Assembly: GCA_965207585.1 (NCBI GenBank)
Contig: CBDBMT010000002.1
Location: 244,255-308,254 of the forward strand
Reading direction: 5' to 3'
DNA: 64,000 nucleotides
DNA from: Dehalococcoidia bacterium
GTDB taxonomy: Bacteria > Chloroflexota > Dehalococcoidia > Lucifugimonadales > UBA3495
Within the stretch, counting starts at the first letter, position 1; every line of letters begins with the position of its first letter. A program made the translations under genes and the position numbers. The notes below the pieces were generated by a model, which was given only the letters and a program-made list of their open reading frames with translations, was not told where the DNA came from and did no database searches. Below are positions 16,281-27,500 of this stretch, piece by piece.

Positions 16281-18449
16281 TCATACGATCAACTGGTCGG
16301 GGTCTATCGTTTTGACGCCTCCGATGCCGGTGACCGCGTTGTAGGTGCCTCTCCATTCGTAGAGTCCCGGCATGATTTCATCGAGCAAACCAGTTCGCTC
16401 CTTTTCGAGTGCTTCCCCTCTGTAAAGTGACACTGACCACGGTTGTACCTGCCGGAGCAGTTGACGGGCGTTTTTGTTGCCTTCGCGCAATACGGCTACG
16501 GCCTTGAGAACTTTCGGCCATTCTTCGGGTTTGTTGGCGGCCTTGAATGCCTCTTCTCTGGTGACGACCGCGGAGACGGTATCGTCGTCAATCATCTTGA
16601 ACCGCTTGGCAACTTCGGGGTAGTCGAATGCTTTGCGCCCTTCCTGCACCTGCTGGGCGTCCGTGTCGACGTCTTGGTAAAGTCGGCGGAAATACTCCGC
16701 TACCAAGTCGGGATCATCCAGGTCGCTGTGACCGTCGCTGCGCATCTCGACGGTTCTACCCGTGGCCGTCCGGTAGGTGCCGCGTGGCAAGGTTGCCTTC
16801 TCTGCTTGGAATACTATCACCTGTCCTTCGTCCAGCCTTCCGTTGCGGTTGCAGCGACCCGCGGCTTGGATGATGCTGTCCATCGGACCGACAGCGCGCA
16901 GTACCATGGGGAAGTCGATGTCGACGCCGGCTTCCACCACCTGCGTCGAAACTACGCGACAACTCTCCCCGTTGTCCAGACGCTGGCGTATCTCTGCGAT
17001 GACCGCCTCGCGGTGCCTTCCGCACAACAGCGTTGAGAGGTGCAGAGCGTTTTGTTCGTTCAACGCTTCCAGCAGCGCCAAGGCGTCCTTTTTCGTGTTC
17101 ACTACCGCCAATGCTTGCGGCGTTTCGCGCATGATGTCGGCAACTTGGTTCCACGCCAGTGTCGGGTCGGTTCGCCACTCGTAGTGGACTCTTTTCAAAC
17201 TCTGAAAGTGCCTTTCCGGCGACGGCACAATGTCATGGGCGTCCACGTCGGCAAAGGGCTTTATCGCCTGGAATGCCGGCTGGGTGGCGGTGGACAGCAC
17301 CACCGTGGTGCCGTAGTTTTCCGAAAGGTCGCGTAGCCCGTCCAAGATGGGCCCCAGCAACGTAGGCGGCAGCGCCTGGGCTTCGTCCAGGATGATGACG
17401 CTTCTGGCCAGGTTATGCAGCTTGCGGGTGGAACTGGTGCGGTTTGAGAACAGGCTGTTGAAAAGCTGGACGGTGGTGGTGACCACAACGGGCGCGTCCC
17501 AGTTTTCACTGGCCAGCCTGGCCCAGATCGCTTTCGTGTCGTACTCGTCGGACTCGTCGCCCTCCGCTGACGAGTGATGTTCCAGCACGGCCTCGTCCCC
17601 GAGGAATTCTCGGTACACGCTGGCCGTCTGCTGGGTGATTGAAATGAACGGGACCGCGACGATCACCCGGTCCAGGCCGTGGCTTACGGCGTGGCGTAGG
17701 GCGAAGCCCATCCCTGACAGGGTCTTGCCGCCGCCGGTAGGGACAGCCAGGCGAAAAATGCCGGGAGGATTTTGGGCGGCGGCCAAGCAGGCTTCGTACA
17801 CTTCAGAGCGTACCTCGTTGACCTTGCCTGCCGGCGCCCCGGTTTGGACGTTCTGGTGTCGCCTGCTGAATCTCTGCCACAGGTCCGCCAAACCGACGCT
17901 TGGCCCGCGTTGTGCCGCTTGCTGCGGGTTGAAGTGCGTCTCGGTGTCCAAGTAGTCGGCGTCCACCAGTGCCGAAAACACCATCCTCAGCCACAGCTCG
18001 GCACGGTGCTGGTTGTTGACCCACGGTGGTGGCTTTATTGGAGTCTGCGGTTCCAGTTGGGGCATGGTCTTGCGTGCGTAGTCGATGGCTTGTCCCGTCG
18101 CGGGGTTGCTGTCTTTCTCGTTGATCCACTCTCTGCAATGCCTCATTGCTTGCAGGCCGCCGTGATGTCCTTGGACCAGCAGTGCCAATGGTTCCAGATG
18201 ACGCTGAATCGCCAGTTTGGCGCCTGCGCCTTTGTGGTCCGGTCCGCGTCGGCGCTCTCCGGCAAGGTACCGTTGGAACTCGGGGTTGAACTTGCCCACG
18301 TCGTGCCACAGGCCGGCGTAGTATCCGGCGTCGTGGCTGTCGAAGGGTTCGCAGAACTCTCCGGCGATTTTCGCCACCGCAGTCAGGTGGTCGACCAATC
18401 CATGGCAGATGCCGTCCTCGTTGGCGGAGTGGGCGTGAAATTCAATCAT
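16281..18449 (-). CDS. cas3: CRISPR-associated helicase/nuclease Cas3 (HD + SF2 helicase)
   Basis: HD motifs HAHS...GLWHDVGKFNPEFQ. Walker A PTGGGKT and DEAQ box IILDEAQAL. Confidence 0.93.
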   Translation of the reverse strand: MIEFHAHSANEDGICHGLVDHLTAVAKIAGEFCEPFDSHDAGYYAGLWHDVGKFNPEFQRYLAGERRRGPDHKGAGAKLAIQRHLEPLALLVQGHHGGLQAMRHCREWINEKDSNPATGQAIDYARKTMPQLEPQTPIKPPPWVNNQHRAELWLRMVFSALVDADYLDTETHFNPQQAAQRGPSVGLADLWQRFSRRHQNVQTGAPAGKVNEVRSEVYEACLAAAQNPPGIFRLAVPTGGGKTLSGMGFALRHAVSHGLDRVIVAVPFISITQQTASVYREFLGDEAVLEHHSSAEGDESDEYDTKAIWARLASENWDAPVVVTTTVQLFNSLFSNRTSSTRKLHNLARSVIILDEAQALPPTLLGPILDGLRDLSENYGTTVVLSTATQPAFQAIKPFADVDAHDIVPSPERHFQSLKRVHYEWRTDPTLAWNQVADIMRETPQALAVVNTKKDALALLEALNEQNALHLSTLLCGRHREAVIAEIRQRLDNGESCRVVSTQVVEAGVDIDFPMVLRAVGPMDSIIQAAGRCNRNGRLDEGQVIVFQAEKATLPRGTYRTATGRTVEMRSDGHSDLDDPDLVAEYFRRLYQDVDTDAQQVQEGRKAFDYPEVAKRFKMIDDDTVSAVVTREEAFKAANKPEEWPKVLKAVAVLREGNKNARQLLRQVQPWSVSLYRGEALEKERTGLLDEIMPGLYEWRGTYNAVTGIGGVKTIDPDQLIV

Positions 18450-18858
18450 CGTTTCGCTCTGTCCGGGATAGGCTCGCAGCTGTGTCCGACGTTGCGGCGG
18501 CCGAGTTCCCCGCCGCTGGGCCCGTTGTTGAGGATCTGATTCTGCCTGCGAGGGTTCCTACCGTCGTGCCGACCATGGTTTCTGTCGCTGATACGCCCGT
18601 GATGACTTCCTGGAGCAGGTCGTCGGTGAGAACCGAGGCGGTCAGGTGGTCGACCACCAGTTCGTCCAGTCGCCCAGTTTCGATTTCCGGCAAGTCGCAG
18701 CGGTTGCCGTCCCTTTCCTCGGAATTGGGGCAAACGTAGTGTGGAGCGTGGTCAACGCCGCCGCCCAAGATTGTCATGGGAGAGCGGCGACTCTGGCATT
18801 TGGCCAGGCCGCCCAGTACGGGTTGGGCGTCTCGCGCAGTCACGGTGTCGGTGTTCAC
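18442..18858 (-). pseudogene. fragment resembling the zinc-ribbon/coiled-coil region of a large serine recombinase
   Basis: LGGLAKCQSRR...HYVCPNSEERDGNRCDLPEIETGRLDELVVDHL follows the GLLxC...YYxC...C...LE pattern with Cys losses. No resolvase domain is present. Confidence 0.45.
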
Positions 18859-19220
18859 TGCGAAGTGGCTCTGAGGCGCCTTGGCCGCCCGACGCTGTAC
18901 GTCGCCCAGGACATTGGAAGAGGTCCGCTGTCGCCGGAAGGGACGATGGCGTCGGGTGCCTGCGCGTGCGTTGAATCAATTGTAGCGGAGGCGGAGATGT
19001 CGGCCATGCTGCCTGACTTTCCTGTTTCCATACCGCTGTTGACAGTTGTCGAAATACCACTCCGTTGACCATCGGTCGCGCGGATTGTAGCAGTTGCGGT
19101 CTGAGTTCGGTACCACGCATGCAGCACCGAGGCGCTGAGAACGGGTGTGGTGAGGAGGGTCTCGGGGGAATTCGCGTCCTGCCAGGGGTGACCACCGTCA
19201 GGTTGGCTGTTGGCAGGCTT

Positions 19221-19931
19221 TTATCTTGTCGCCTTGTTCGGTTCTGGTGGCAGCGCGTGGTGAAAACCGCCGCCGTAGTGTCCGTGTATCCTGCATTCGG
19301 TCATGGTGAAGGCGGGCCTTTCGTAGTTGATGTGCCCGGAGACAACCACTTCCCGGTTCGCAGAGGTGGCTACTACCGCTGCGGCATTGGCCTCGGTAAT
19401 CTCCAGTTCGCACTTGGCTTGGTCTTTCCAGATGATCTGCGGGCGGCTTACGCCGGCGATGCCTTTGATCCAGTTCGAAACGACGATGCGGTCTTCACCG
19501 AATCGTGCGTGCAGTTGCAGCGTGTTTTCACGGTAGAGCTTGGCGATTTCTGTGAACTCGCCGGGGTCGACTACGTAGACTTCACTGCCGCTCTTCGTGA
19601 TGCCTGGCTCGATTCCATTGGGTAAGTAACCTGCAGCCATGATGTCTGTGGACCCTCGTTCGGTCTGTGGGGCTTCTTCCGACGACTTGGTGTCGGTGGT
19701 GTCCTGTCGCAGCTGTTCGAAGTCCTCGTTGGTGATGTGCCTGCCGTTGTCCTCGCCGGTGAGCAGGATCACGGTGTTGTCTTCTGGATCGTTGGTGGTC
19801 TTTTCGACTGCCGGAGTTCGCTGTCTGGTTTCGGCATCTGGCCTTTTGTCTACATCGAACAACGCGCAGGCGCTTGCCAGGGTAATGATCAGCGCGGCGG
19901 TTGCCGCATTGAGGGTCTTTTTCATGCTCAT
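19221..19931 (-). CDS. hypothetical lipoprotein
   Basis: Signal peptide and lipobox MSMKKTLNAATAALIITLASAC. Confidence 0.6.
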   Translation of the reverse strand: MSMKKTLNAATAALIITLASACALFDVDKRPDAETRQRTPAVEKTTNDPEDNTVILLTGEDNGRHITNEDFEQLRQDTTDTKSSEEAPQTERGSTDIMAAGYLPNGIEPGITKSGSEVYVVDPGEFTEIAKLYRENTLQLHARFGEDRIVVSNWIKGIAGVSRPQIIWKDQAKCELEITEANAAAVVATSANREVVVSGHINYERPAFTMTECRIHGHYGGGFHHALPPEPNKATR

Positions 19932-20063
19932 GGGACGGGTTTTCTCCTGGAATGTAAACGCAATAAGCAGTTGGTGGCTACGGCTCTGGTTTGGGAAGCC
20001 CGGGAATCGTGGTTCGGTTTCGCGCCGGCCCGCCGTCGCCGTCAGAAACTGCCGCCCGAATGC

Positions 20064-20094
20064 AAAACAGCCCGGGAGGGTTGCCCCCGGGCTG
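20064..20094 (-). terminator. intrinsic terminator downstream of 20129..20998
   Basis: Perfect 9-bp stem CAGCCCGGG/CCCGGGCTG. The plus-strand A4 at 20064-20067 reads as T4 after the stem on the minus strand. Confidence 0.6.
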
Positions 20095-20128
20095 CTGAAG
20101 CTGCAACGGTGGTGCGACGGGAGGTCGG

Positions 20129-20998
20129 TTACTCCGGGGTGAAATCCTCTGGTTCAAGTTGGTGCCAGTGCACGATGCCGGAATCCACCATGCCTTGGAT
20201 GCGCTGGTCGATGCGCAGCGCTGATATGGCGGCCCAAGCCGGCTGGCCGGTCATACGTCGCAGGTAGTGCGCGTTGCGGATGGCGCGGAAGGTGTCGCGT
20301 TCGTCGGCGGTGTAGGACGCCTCCACGGCCACGTAGCCGGCGCTGCCGTTGCTGGTCGTCACCTCGATGATGGCGTCGGCGAGGGCGAAGCTGCGCAGGT
20401 CGTTGCGGGGCATGTCCGGCAGGGATTGTTCCCGGGACATGGCGCGGACCTCGGCGCGGGCGAGATCGCGAATGATGCGGTGTCCCATGTCGCGGGCGAT
20501 GTCGTAGGTCACGATTCTGGTGGCTCGGAGAGCGGCGTCGCCCTTGAGGTCTCCGACGTCATCCCGGAGGCTCGACAGGTCGCGCTTGATGTCTGCTACG
20601 TCCCGTTCCAGCCGTTGCTGGCCGCCCTTGAGCTCGGCTACGTCGCCCTTGAGTTCGGCGACGTCGGTTTCCAGGTTGGTCAGCCGGCGGTTGGTCTCGA
20701 CGGCGTGTTCTTCCAGTACGGCGAGCCGACGGTTGGTTTCCTGGGCGAAGGCTTCAAACTTGGCGCTGAGTTCGGTGACGATGCGCACCAGATCGGCAAA
20801 CCGTTCCGGCAGTTGGAGAAGTTCCTCGGTGAGGATCTCCTTGCGCAGGTCCTCTCGCAATTCGTCGTTGCTGCGGACGAACTGGAGCATCCACTGGCGC
20901 AGTTCCTGCTGTAGGGCAGGGTCTTCGTCCACTAGGGCGAGCAGATTGCGCAGCATGGTTTCGCTGGGTTGTGTCATGGTGGCTTTCCGGTTCCTCAT
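20129..20998 (-). CDS. coiled-coil protein with C-terminal nuclease-like domain (DUF3782-like, tentative)
   Basis: Heptad region ...ETNRRLTNLETDVAELKGDVAELKG... followed by ADAIIEV...YVAVEASYTADERDTFRAIRNAHYL. A paralog lies at 47361..48088. Confidence 0.65.
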   Translation of the reverse strand: MRNRKATMTQPSETMLRNLLALVDEDPALQQELRQWMLQFVRSNDELREDLRKEILTEELLQLPERFADLVRIVTELSAKFEAFAQETNRRLAVLEEHAVETNRRLTNLETDVAELKGDVAELKGGQQRLERDVADIKRDLSSLRDDVGDLKGDAALRATRIVTYDIARDMGHRIIRDLARAEVRAMSREQSLPDMPRNDLRSFALADAIIEVTTSNGSAGYVAVEASYTADERDTFRAIRNAHYLRRMTGQPAWAAISALRIDQRIQGMVDSGIVHWHQLEPEDFTPE

Positions 20999-21035
20999 TC
21001 TATGGGTAGTGGCAGGTTTTGTACACTGGCAACCG

Positions 21036-21107
21036 GTGCGCGCAACCGTTGTCGATGTTGCGCGCCTGCCTGCTTTGTGGCGGTAATCTGCGCGGTGTTG
21101 CGCGCCT
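21036..21107. promoter_or_regulatory. operator-like repeats GTTGCGCGC (one inverted, two direct copies 41 nt apart) upstream of 20998
   Basis: GGTGCGCGCAACC at about 21036. TGTTGCGCGCCT at about 21055 and about 21096. Confidence 0.3.
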
Positions 21108-21516
21108 CACGGGCAATCGCGGGCGGTCGTCTTCGCAGCGGTCGGCGGCGGCGTCCTGCCTTGGGATGTGGGCTTGGCGCTCTCACGCGCCCGCGGCGGC
21201 TGTTTTCGCGTTCATTGGCAAGTTCTTCGGTGGATGGCGTTTGAAGCCGTCTCCGCGGCTCTGTGCGCTGAATTCGGGCGTCCTGCGTCGGGGGTGACAC
21301 CTGCCGGGCGCAGCTGGCGGGGTTCGGCGTTGCTCAGGCTCATGTGCACCGTGGATTGTTGGCAGCGGGCGCATTGTTAAGCTGCAATCCTGCTGTGCCC
21401 GGCGTCCGTCAGGTAGATGTCCCCCCGTTGCGCTTTCGGTTCGCTTTCCGCATTTTGGTTATCTGTGGCGGGCGGGCCAGGGATCGCAGCGGCGCCCGAT
21501 GGGGAGGCATTTACTC

Positions 21517-21548
21517 AAAACACCGCAGCCCCCTTGAGGGGGCTGCGG
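21517..21548 (-). terminator. intrinsic terminator of the giant gene
   Basis: 11-bp stem CCGCAGCCCCC/GGGGGCTGCGG with a 4-nt loop, followed on the minus strand by TGTTTTG. Lies about 30 nt after the stop at 21581. Confidence 0.65.
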
Positions 21549-21580
21549 CTGGATTTCAGTCGGGGATGGAATGGGCGCGA

Positions 21581-24500
21581 TCAGCGGGCGTTGAGCCGGC
21601 CCTCCGCCCAGCTTCCCTGCAAGGGAAGGGTAGCGTCCCCGACCAGGTTGCTGAGTTCGACGTAGATCCGGTCGTTGTGCTCGAAGTAGGCGTCCGGGCT
21701 GATGTGCACGTCGAGCTCCTTCGAGACTTCCCCGGCGGCGAAGGTGATGGTGCCGCTGGTCCCGCCGTCATCGTCCTGGAAGTCCTCGCCGGGCCAGAGG
21801 TGCGGGCTGAAGGTTCCCAGCTCGTAGTCCACGGTGACCGTTCCCGCCGCGGCCTGGCTCAGGACGACCGGGAATACCAGCTTCTCTCCCGCCCGAGCCT
21901 TGTCCGGGGCGTCGCTGATGGTGAGGCGCGGCCCGGACGGCTCGTCGTCGTCCTTGACGACCACGGTGACCGAAGGCGGACCGACGATCTCGTAACCGCT
22001 GCTCGGGACTATGCGGGCCGTGATCGACCCGTCGGGCTCGTCGTCGTGGTCCGGCGCCGGCGAGATGCGGAACGAAGCGTGGGCCGGGCTGACCGGAACG
22101 GTCAATTGCCTGGTGCCGGTCGGGACCCCGAAGTCGCCCGCCGCCGTTACCTGCACGGAGACCGTCTCATCCTTGTACCCGTGGGGATTGATGCTGACGG
22201 TGAAAATCACCGAGCTATCTTCTTCGACCGAAGTCTTGCTGGCCCGAATCTTGACCTTGGGCAGGTCGTCGTCAATGATGGTGACGCTGGCCTTGCTGGG
22301 GGAGCCTACCCGGTAGCCGTTGCTCGCCTTGATGGAGAACGACATGGAATAGTCAGCTTCGTCGTAGTTGTTGTCGTCGCTGGGCTGGGTGAACGTGGCG
22401 CTCCCCCCGGTGACGGTTTCCTTCCGGTCGACGTTGATAAGTCCGGGGACTTCGCTCTTCAACGTGACCACCAGCGACTGGCCGTCCGCCAGCGGCGGCG
22501 TAGCGGTGAGCGTGAAGGTCGCGTCTTCGCCTTCGTTGGTGTCCGGGCCGCCGGTGATGGTGATCACCGGGTTGTTGACGGGCGTCGCCTCGTCGTCGTT
22601 CACCGCGACGCTGGCCTCGGCCGGATCCCCCACCCGGTAGCCGTAGCCGGCCTTGACCGTGGCGGTGACCGCGCCGTCCGGCTCGTCCACGTTGTCGTCG
22701 GTCGTGGCGACGGTGAAGTCGTGGGAGCTGACCAGCGGGACGCTGACGGTTCGAGCGCCGGTGCTCACGCCGAACTCCCCGCTGGCTCCAATGGTCACGG
22801 ACACCGACAGCCAGTTGTTGGACGGCGCCGGGTTTGCCGTGAGCGTGAAGGTCGCGTCTCCGCCTTCCGTAACGGCGGCGCCGCCCGTGATGGTGATGAC
22901 GGGACCGTCGTTGTCGGCCACGTCGACGCTGTCCGAGGACGGATTGCCCACGCCGTAGCCGCTGCCCGGCTGGACCGTCGCGGTGATGGTCCCGCCCTGG
23001 GATTGGACGTTGTCGTCGGTGGTGCCGACACTGAGGGTCGCGGAGCCGCCGGTGGGGTCGGACACGGCCACTGCGGTCGCGCCCTGCGTCGTGGACACCA
23101 GGTAGCCCTCGCCGGTGTCGATGGTGACCGTCACCGAGCCGTCTTCCTCGTCCAATTCGTCGTTGGTGGTGGCCACCGTCAGCGTGGCGTAGCCCGCGGT
23201 CGGGATGGTCACCGTCTGCTGTCCCGTGGCGGCCCCGTAGTCGCCGCTCTGCGACACCGTGACGCTCACGTCCAGGTCCGCATCCGGCGCCGGGTTTGCC
23301 GTCACCGTGAAGCTGGCGTCCCCGCCCTCGGTCACGTCGCCGTCGGAGGTGACGCTCACCACCGGGAGCGACGTGTTGGGCGTCGGCGTCTCGAAGTCCA
23401 CCGGGAAGGTCTGCGCCGTCGCGCCCGCGGCCAGGGTCCTCACGATGAGCTGGCCCAGATTGGTGCTCCCGGCCAGCACGAAGACCGCGTAGTGCGACTT
23501 GGGGTCGAGGCCCGTGATCTGGTGCTCCGTCTCCGTGGTGGTGGCCCACTGGACCACCGGGATGCCCGCGAAGGACTCGTGCCAGCCCACCGTGTACTGC
23601 GTGCCATCCCCCTGGGGCTTCCAGGCGACGGTCATCGTGGTGTCGGAGACCTCCTTCAGCTGGAGCCTGGGCGGCGGCGGCAGGTCGTTGTTGGCGATGT
23701 AGACGCTGGCGTGGCTGCGGAACTTGTTCAGCCGGTAGCCCTCGCCGAAGGTCACGCTCGCGCCGAGCATCCCGTTGGAGGCCCAGCTGACGTCGTCGAC
23801 GGTGGGGATCGTGAACGAGGCGCTGCCGCCGGTGGGCACGTTGACCGTGCGCGCGCCCAGGTGCGTGCCGTCCACCACGGAGCCGGCGGACGGGCCGGCC
23901 ACGCGCACCCTCACGTCCAGCGGCGCGTCGGGCGCGGGCTCCACGCTGACCGTGAAGACCGCGTCCTCGCCCTCGGTGATCGTGCCGCTGGCCGCGCTGA
24001 TCGACACCTCCGGCACCCGCTCCACGATGACCGAGGTGGGCTCGGCCTGCACCGGCGAGCCCGCCGACAGCGTGGTGAAGCGGATCACGGGGCTGGCGGT
24101 CGACAACTGCGTCGCGCCGTGGTCGGCGTAGTACACCACCGCCCGGTACTCGGTGTCCGGCTCCAGGTGGCGGATGTTCCAGGCCGGGTCGTTGGGCTCC
24201 GCCCCGAACCAGGCCTCCTCGGCCGGGACGCCCGGGAAGGGCGAGGTGGTCGACCAGTAGCGCACCTCGTAGCCCTCGGCCCCGACCACCCGCGGCCAGC
24301 TCAGGTCGATGCCCGTGTCCGAGAGGTTGGCGTAGGACACGTCGCCCACGCGCTCCACCACCGGGTCCGGCAGGTCGCCCAGCAGCCGCTGGCAGCCCAC
24401 GCAGGCGCCCAGCGTGCGGTAGAAGCTGAAATTCTTGGTGCGCACCACTTTAGGCGGCGTCTCCGTCGAGATCTGGTTGTCGCTGCGTTCGTACAGCGCG

Positions 24501-27500
24501 AAGCCCTCGAAGTCGAAGGTCACGTTGCCGGCGAAGTTGTCGCCGACGTTGATCTCGATCTGGATCGGCGTGCGGCTGACGGTGGCCGAGCCGGCGGCGC
24601 CGGTTTCCGGGTAGGCGCGGAAGGTGTGGAGGGGATCGGCGGCGGGGCTGGTCAGCCAGACCCGGTAGGACCGGAAGTACTCCGTCGTGCCGGTATTCAA
24701 CGGCGCCTGGTTGGCGAAGTTGGCGGTGATATGGATGCGCTTGTTCTGGTCCGCCGGCGGGTCGTTGGTGAGGCGCACCCAGAAGTAGTGCGCCTTGCGC
24801 CCCGTGTTCAGCGACCGCGGGAAGGCCAGCGACAGGCCGCCGTCCTGGATGGACGTCCAGGTGGCCCCGTCGTCGATGGAGAACTCCAGGCCCTGCTCCC
24901 ACTCGTCGTCGTCCCGGATCACCACCGGCACCTCCACCACCGGGAAGGCGACGTACCCGTTGTCCGGCCCCGTGTTGGCGCCGTGGTCCTGCTGTTCGGC
25001 CGTGTGGATCAGCTGCGTGAGGTGGTCGAAGGCGTCGCTGTCCTGGCCGGCGGCGACGCTCACCGGACGCCACTTGTTGGGGTCGTGCTCGTAGATGGAC
25101 TGGACCGCGAAGGGGCAGCCGTCGTGGCGGTCCAGCAGCGGGCCGGCGGTGCTCCCGTAACCGATGTTCATCCCGCTCTGGCGCGGCACGTACACGATGG
25201 GGTCGCCGAGGTTGAAACGGTCTCGACTCCCGGTGTGGCACATCAGCCGGTCCCGGTCCGGGCCGCCCGGCCCCATGTAGCCGCCGAAGTTGCTGAGCGG
25301 CTCCGTCACCTGGTCGGTGACGTAGAAGTGCCGGCGCTGCTTGGGGTCCACCGCCCGCCACTGGTAGGTGACCACCGGGCCGCCCTCCGTCAGCGTGATC
25401 GTGGGCGGCGGGTCGTGCCTGGTGTAGTTGGCGACCACCCAGCCGGTGTCGCAGCTGTTGCCCGACACCGTGCCCGCGCAGGTGCGGAACTGCACGAAGG
25501 GCTCCGCTGCGCCCAGGTTGAGGCCGATCTTGAGCGCCTCGGAATGGGTGCTCCAGCTGGTGGCGGGCGGGTTGTTCCGCCAGTAACGGTGGCCGTCGCC
25601 GATGCTCCAGCCCTCCGCCAAGGGCAGGCCTTGAATTCGTTCGGAGTTCGACGCGGTGGCGCGCAGCGTGTTCGTGCCGCTGAGGATTGACGACGCGTCC
25701 ATAATCACCACCCAGTAGGTGGTGTTCGGCTCCAGCTCCAGGCCCGCGCCGTCCCCCGCATAGGTGAAGGTGTAGGTCTGCTCCGTGCTCGACACCTGTA
25801 TGGAGGGGGTCGCCAGCGTGGCCAGTTCCGTGTTCCAGTCCGGCGCTCCATTGCGGTCGGCCATGACTTTGACGCGCAGAGCATTGCCGATGTTGGAAGC
25901 GCTGACCTGGACAAACGACAGATCGACGCTGGTCAGGCGGTAGTGGCCGCCGTTGTTGCCCGTCGTGAACGACTGGGCGCGGTCAGGCCTCTGACTGCCC
26001 GTGAGGTCGTGCGCGCCGCCGTCCGGCATGTCGAGGTTGCTGAGCACCGCCGGCTCCTGGGACGGCGCGTTCAGCGTGGTTGCCACCCGGAACACCGGCG
26101 AGATGCCGTAGAACGCGTGCTGCTGGGCGCTGGACACGCGGTTCCAGTCGATGGGGCCCGTGTCCCCGGACTGGGCCCAGAAGCGTCCCCGCCCGACGTT
26201 GCCGCTGTTGCCCAGATGGTCCGTGCCGTGCTTCGTCCCGGCGGTCATGGTGCCGGTCCACGGCCAGTCCGCATCCGTGTCCCGCTCGCCGGTCTCGAAC
26301 CGGCGGTCCGACAGCTCCCAGTTCTCCCAGGTGTTGGACCAGAAGCCCGCGTTGTTGGCCGCGACGCGCTGCCCGTTCAGCCACCAGATGGGCGCGTCCG
26401 GGTGCCCGGCGTTGTTGGGATTGGTGCGGGTGTGGTCCCGGGCGTCCACCGCCGCGGTGGAGCCCACCACCAGGAACTGGTCGGCGTAGGGCCGGATGGC
26501 GGCGTGCCCCTCCCGGGCCGCGTCCCGCACGTGGGCGTCGTAGTCGTCGATGCTGGCGGAAGTGGCGTCGCGCCAGTCGTCGGTGATGAACAGCAGCCGG
26601 AACGTGCCGCCGCTGGCCACCCCGGGCGGCTTCAGCGGCCAGTCGAAGGGCACGGTGTAGGAACCGTCCTGGTTGCGCCTCAGCGCGTTAACCTCGCCGA
26701 CGATATGTATCTTCCGGGACTGGCTTAAGCTGGTCCATGAGCCGCCGCCGCGGTTCCGGTACAGGGCGGTGTCGGAGATGCTCCAGCCCTCCGCGCTCCC
26801 GGCGTCCTCGGCGTCCGACGCGGTGTTCTGGATGTTGTTCGTGCCGGCAGGAGCGTTTCCGATCCCGGCCAGCACCACCCAGTAGGTGGTGTCCGGCTCG
26901 AGCTGGAGACCCGCCTGCGTGAAGCTGTTCACGCCGGAGGCAATCGTGCCGGGAACCGTCAGGTCGGCGACCTTCGCGCCCGGTTCTCCGCTGCTGTCGC
27001 TGTGGACGGCCGCACTCAGCTTCGAAGCCAGATCCCCGGCGGTGATCGACGGGAACGAGAAGTCGACGGCGGTCAGGGTGTACCCGTCGGCGTTGCTGCC
27101 CGTCGTGAACGCCTGGGCGTGGTCATGCGACTGGAATGAGCCGGTGGCGGTGTTCGCCTGCCTGAAGTTGCTCACCAGGAGAGTAGGTTCATCGTCCTCC
27201 ACCCTGACGGTCGCCGTCGTCAACGTGCTGAGGTCGTATGCCGCCCCATCCACCAGGGTCACCGTGACCGAGCCGTCCGGCTCGCTCACGTCGTCGTCGG
27301 TCGTGGTGATCGTCAGCGTCGCCGACCCGCTGGTCGGGATCGTGACGCTGGTGGGCAGCGTGCCGAAGCCGAAGTCGCCGGAGGTGGTCACGGTGACGCT
27401 GACCGGCAGGTCGGCCGACGGGGCGGGGGTCGCCGTCAGCGTGAAGGTGGCGCTGCCGCCCTCGGTGACGGCCCTGCCGCCCGTGATGCTCACCACCGGC

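Noticed and set aside
9705-18449. Absence of cas6 and a degenerate terminal repeat, considered as possible anomalies
   Set aside because: Both are normal. Type I-C uses Cas5 for crRNA processing, and the leader-distal repeat of an array is commonly degenerate.
21344-25690. 1448-aa plus-strand ORF
   Set aside because: It runs antisense to the well-supported giant Calx-beta gene. Its composition is Arg/Gly/Ala/Val/Asp-rich and low-complexity, typical of the opposite strand of high-GC coding DNA. It has no motifs, RBS or signal peptide.
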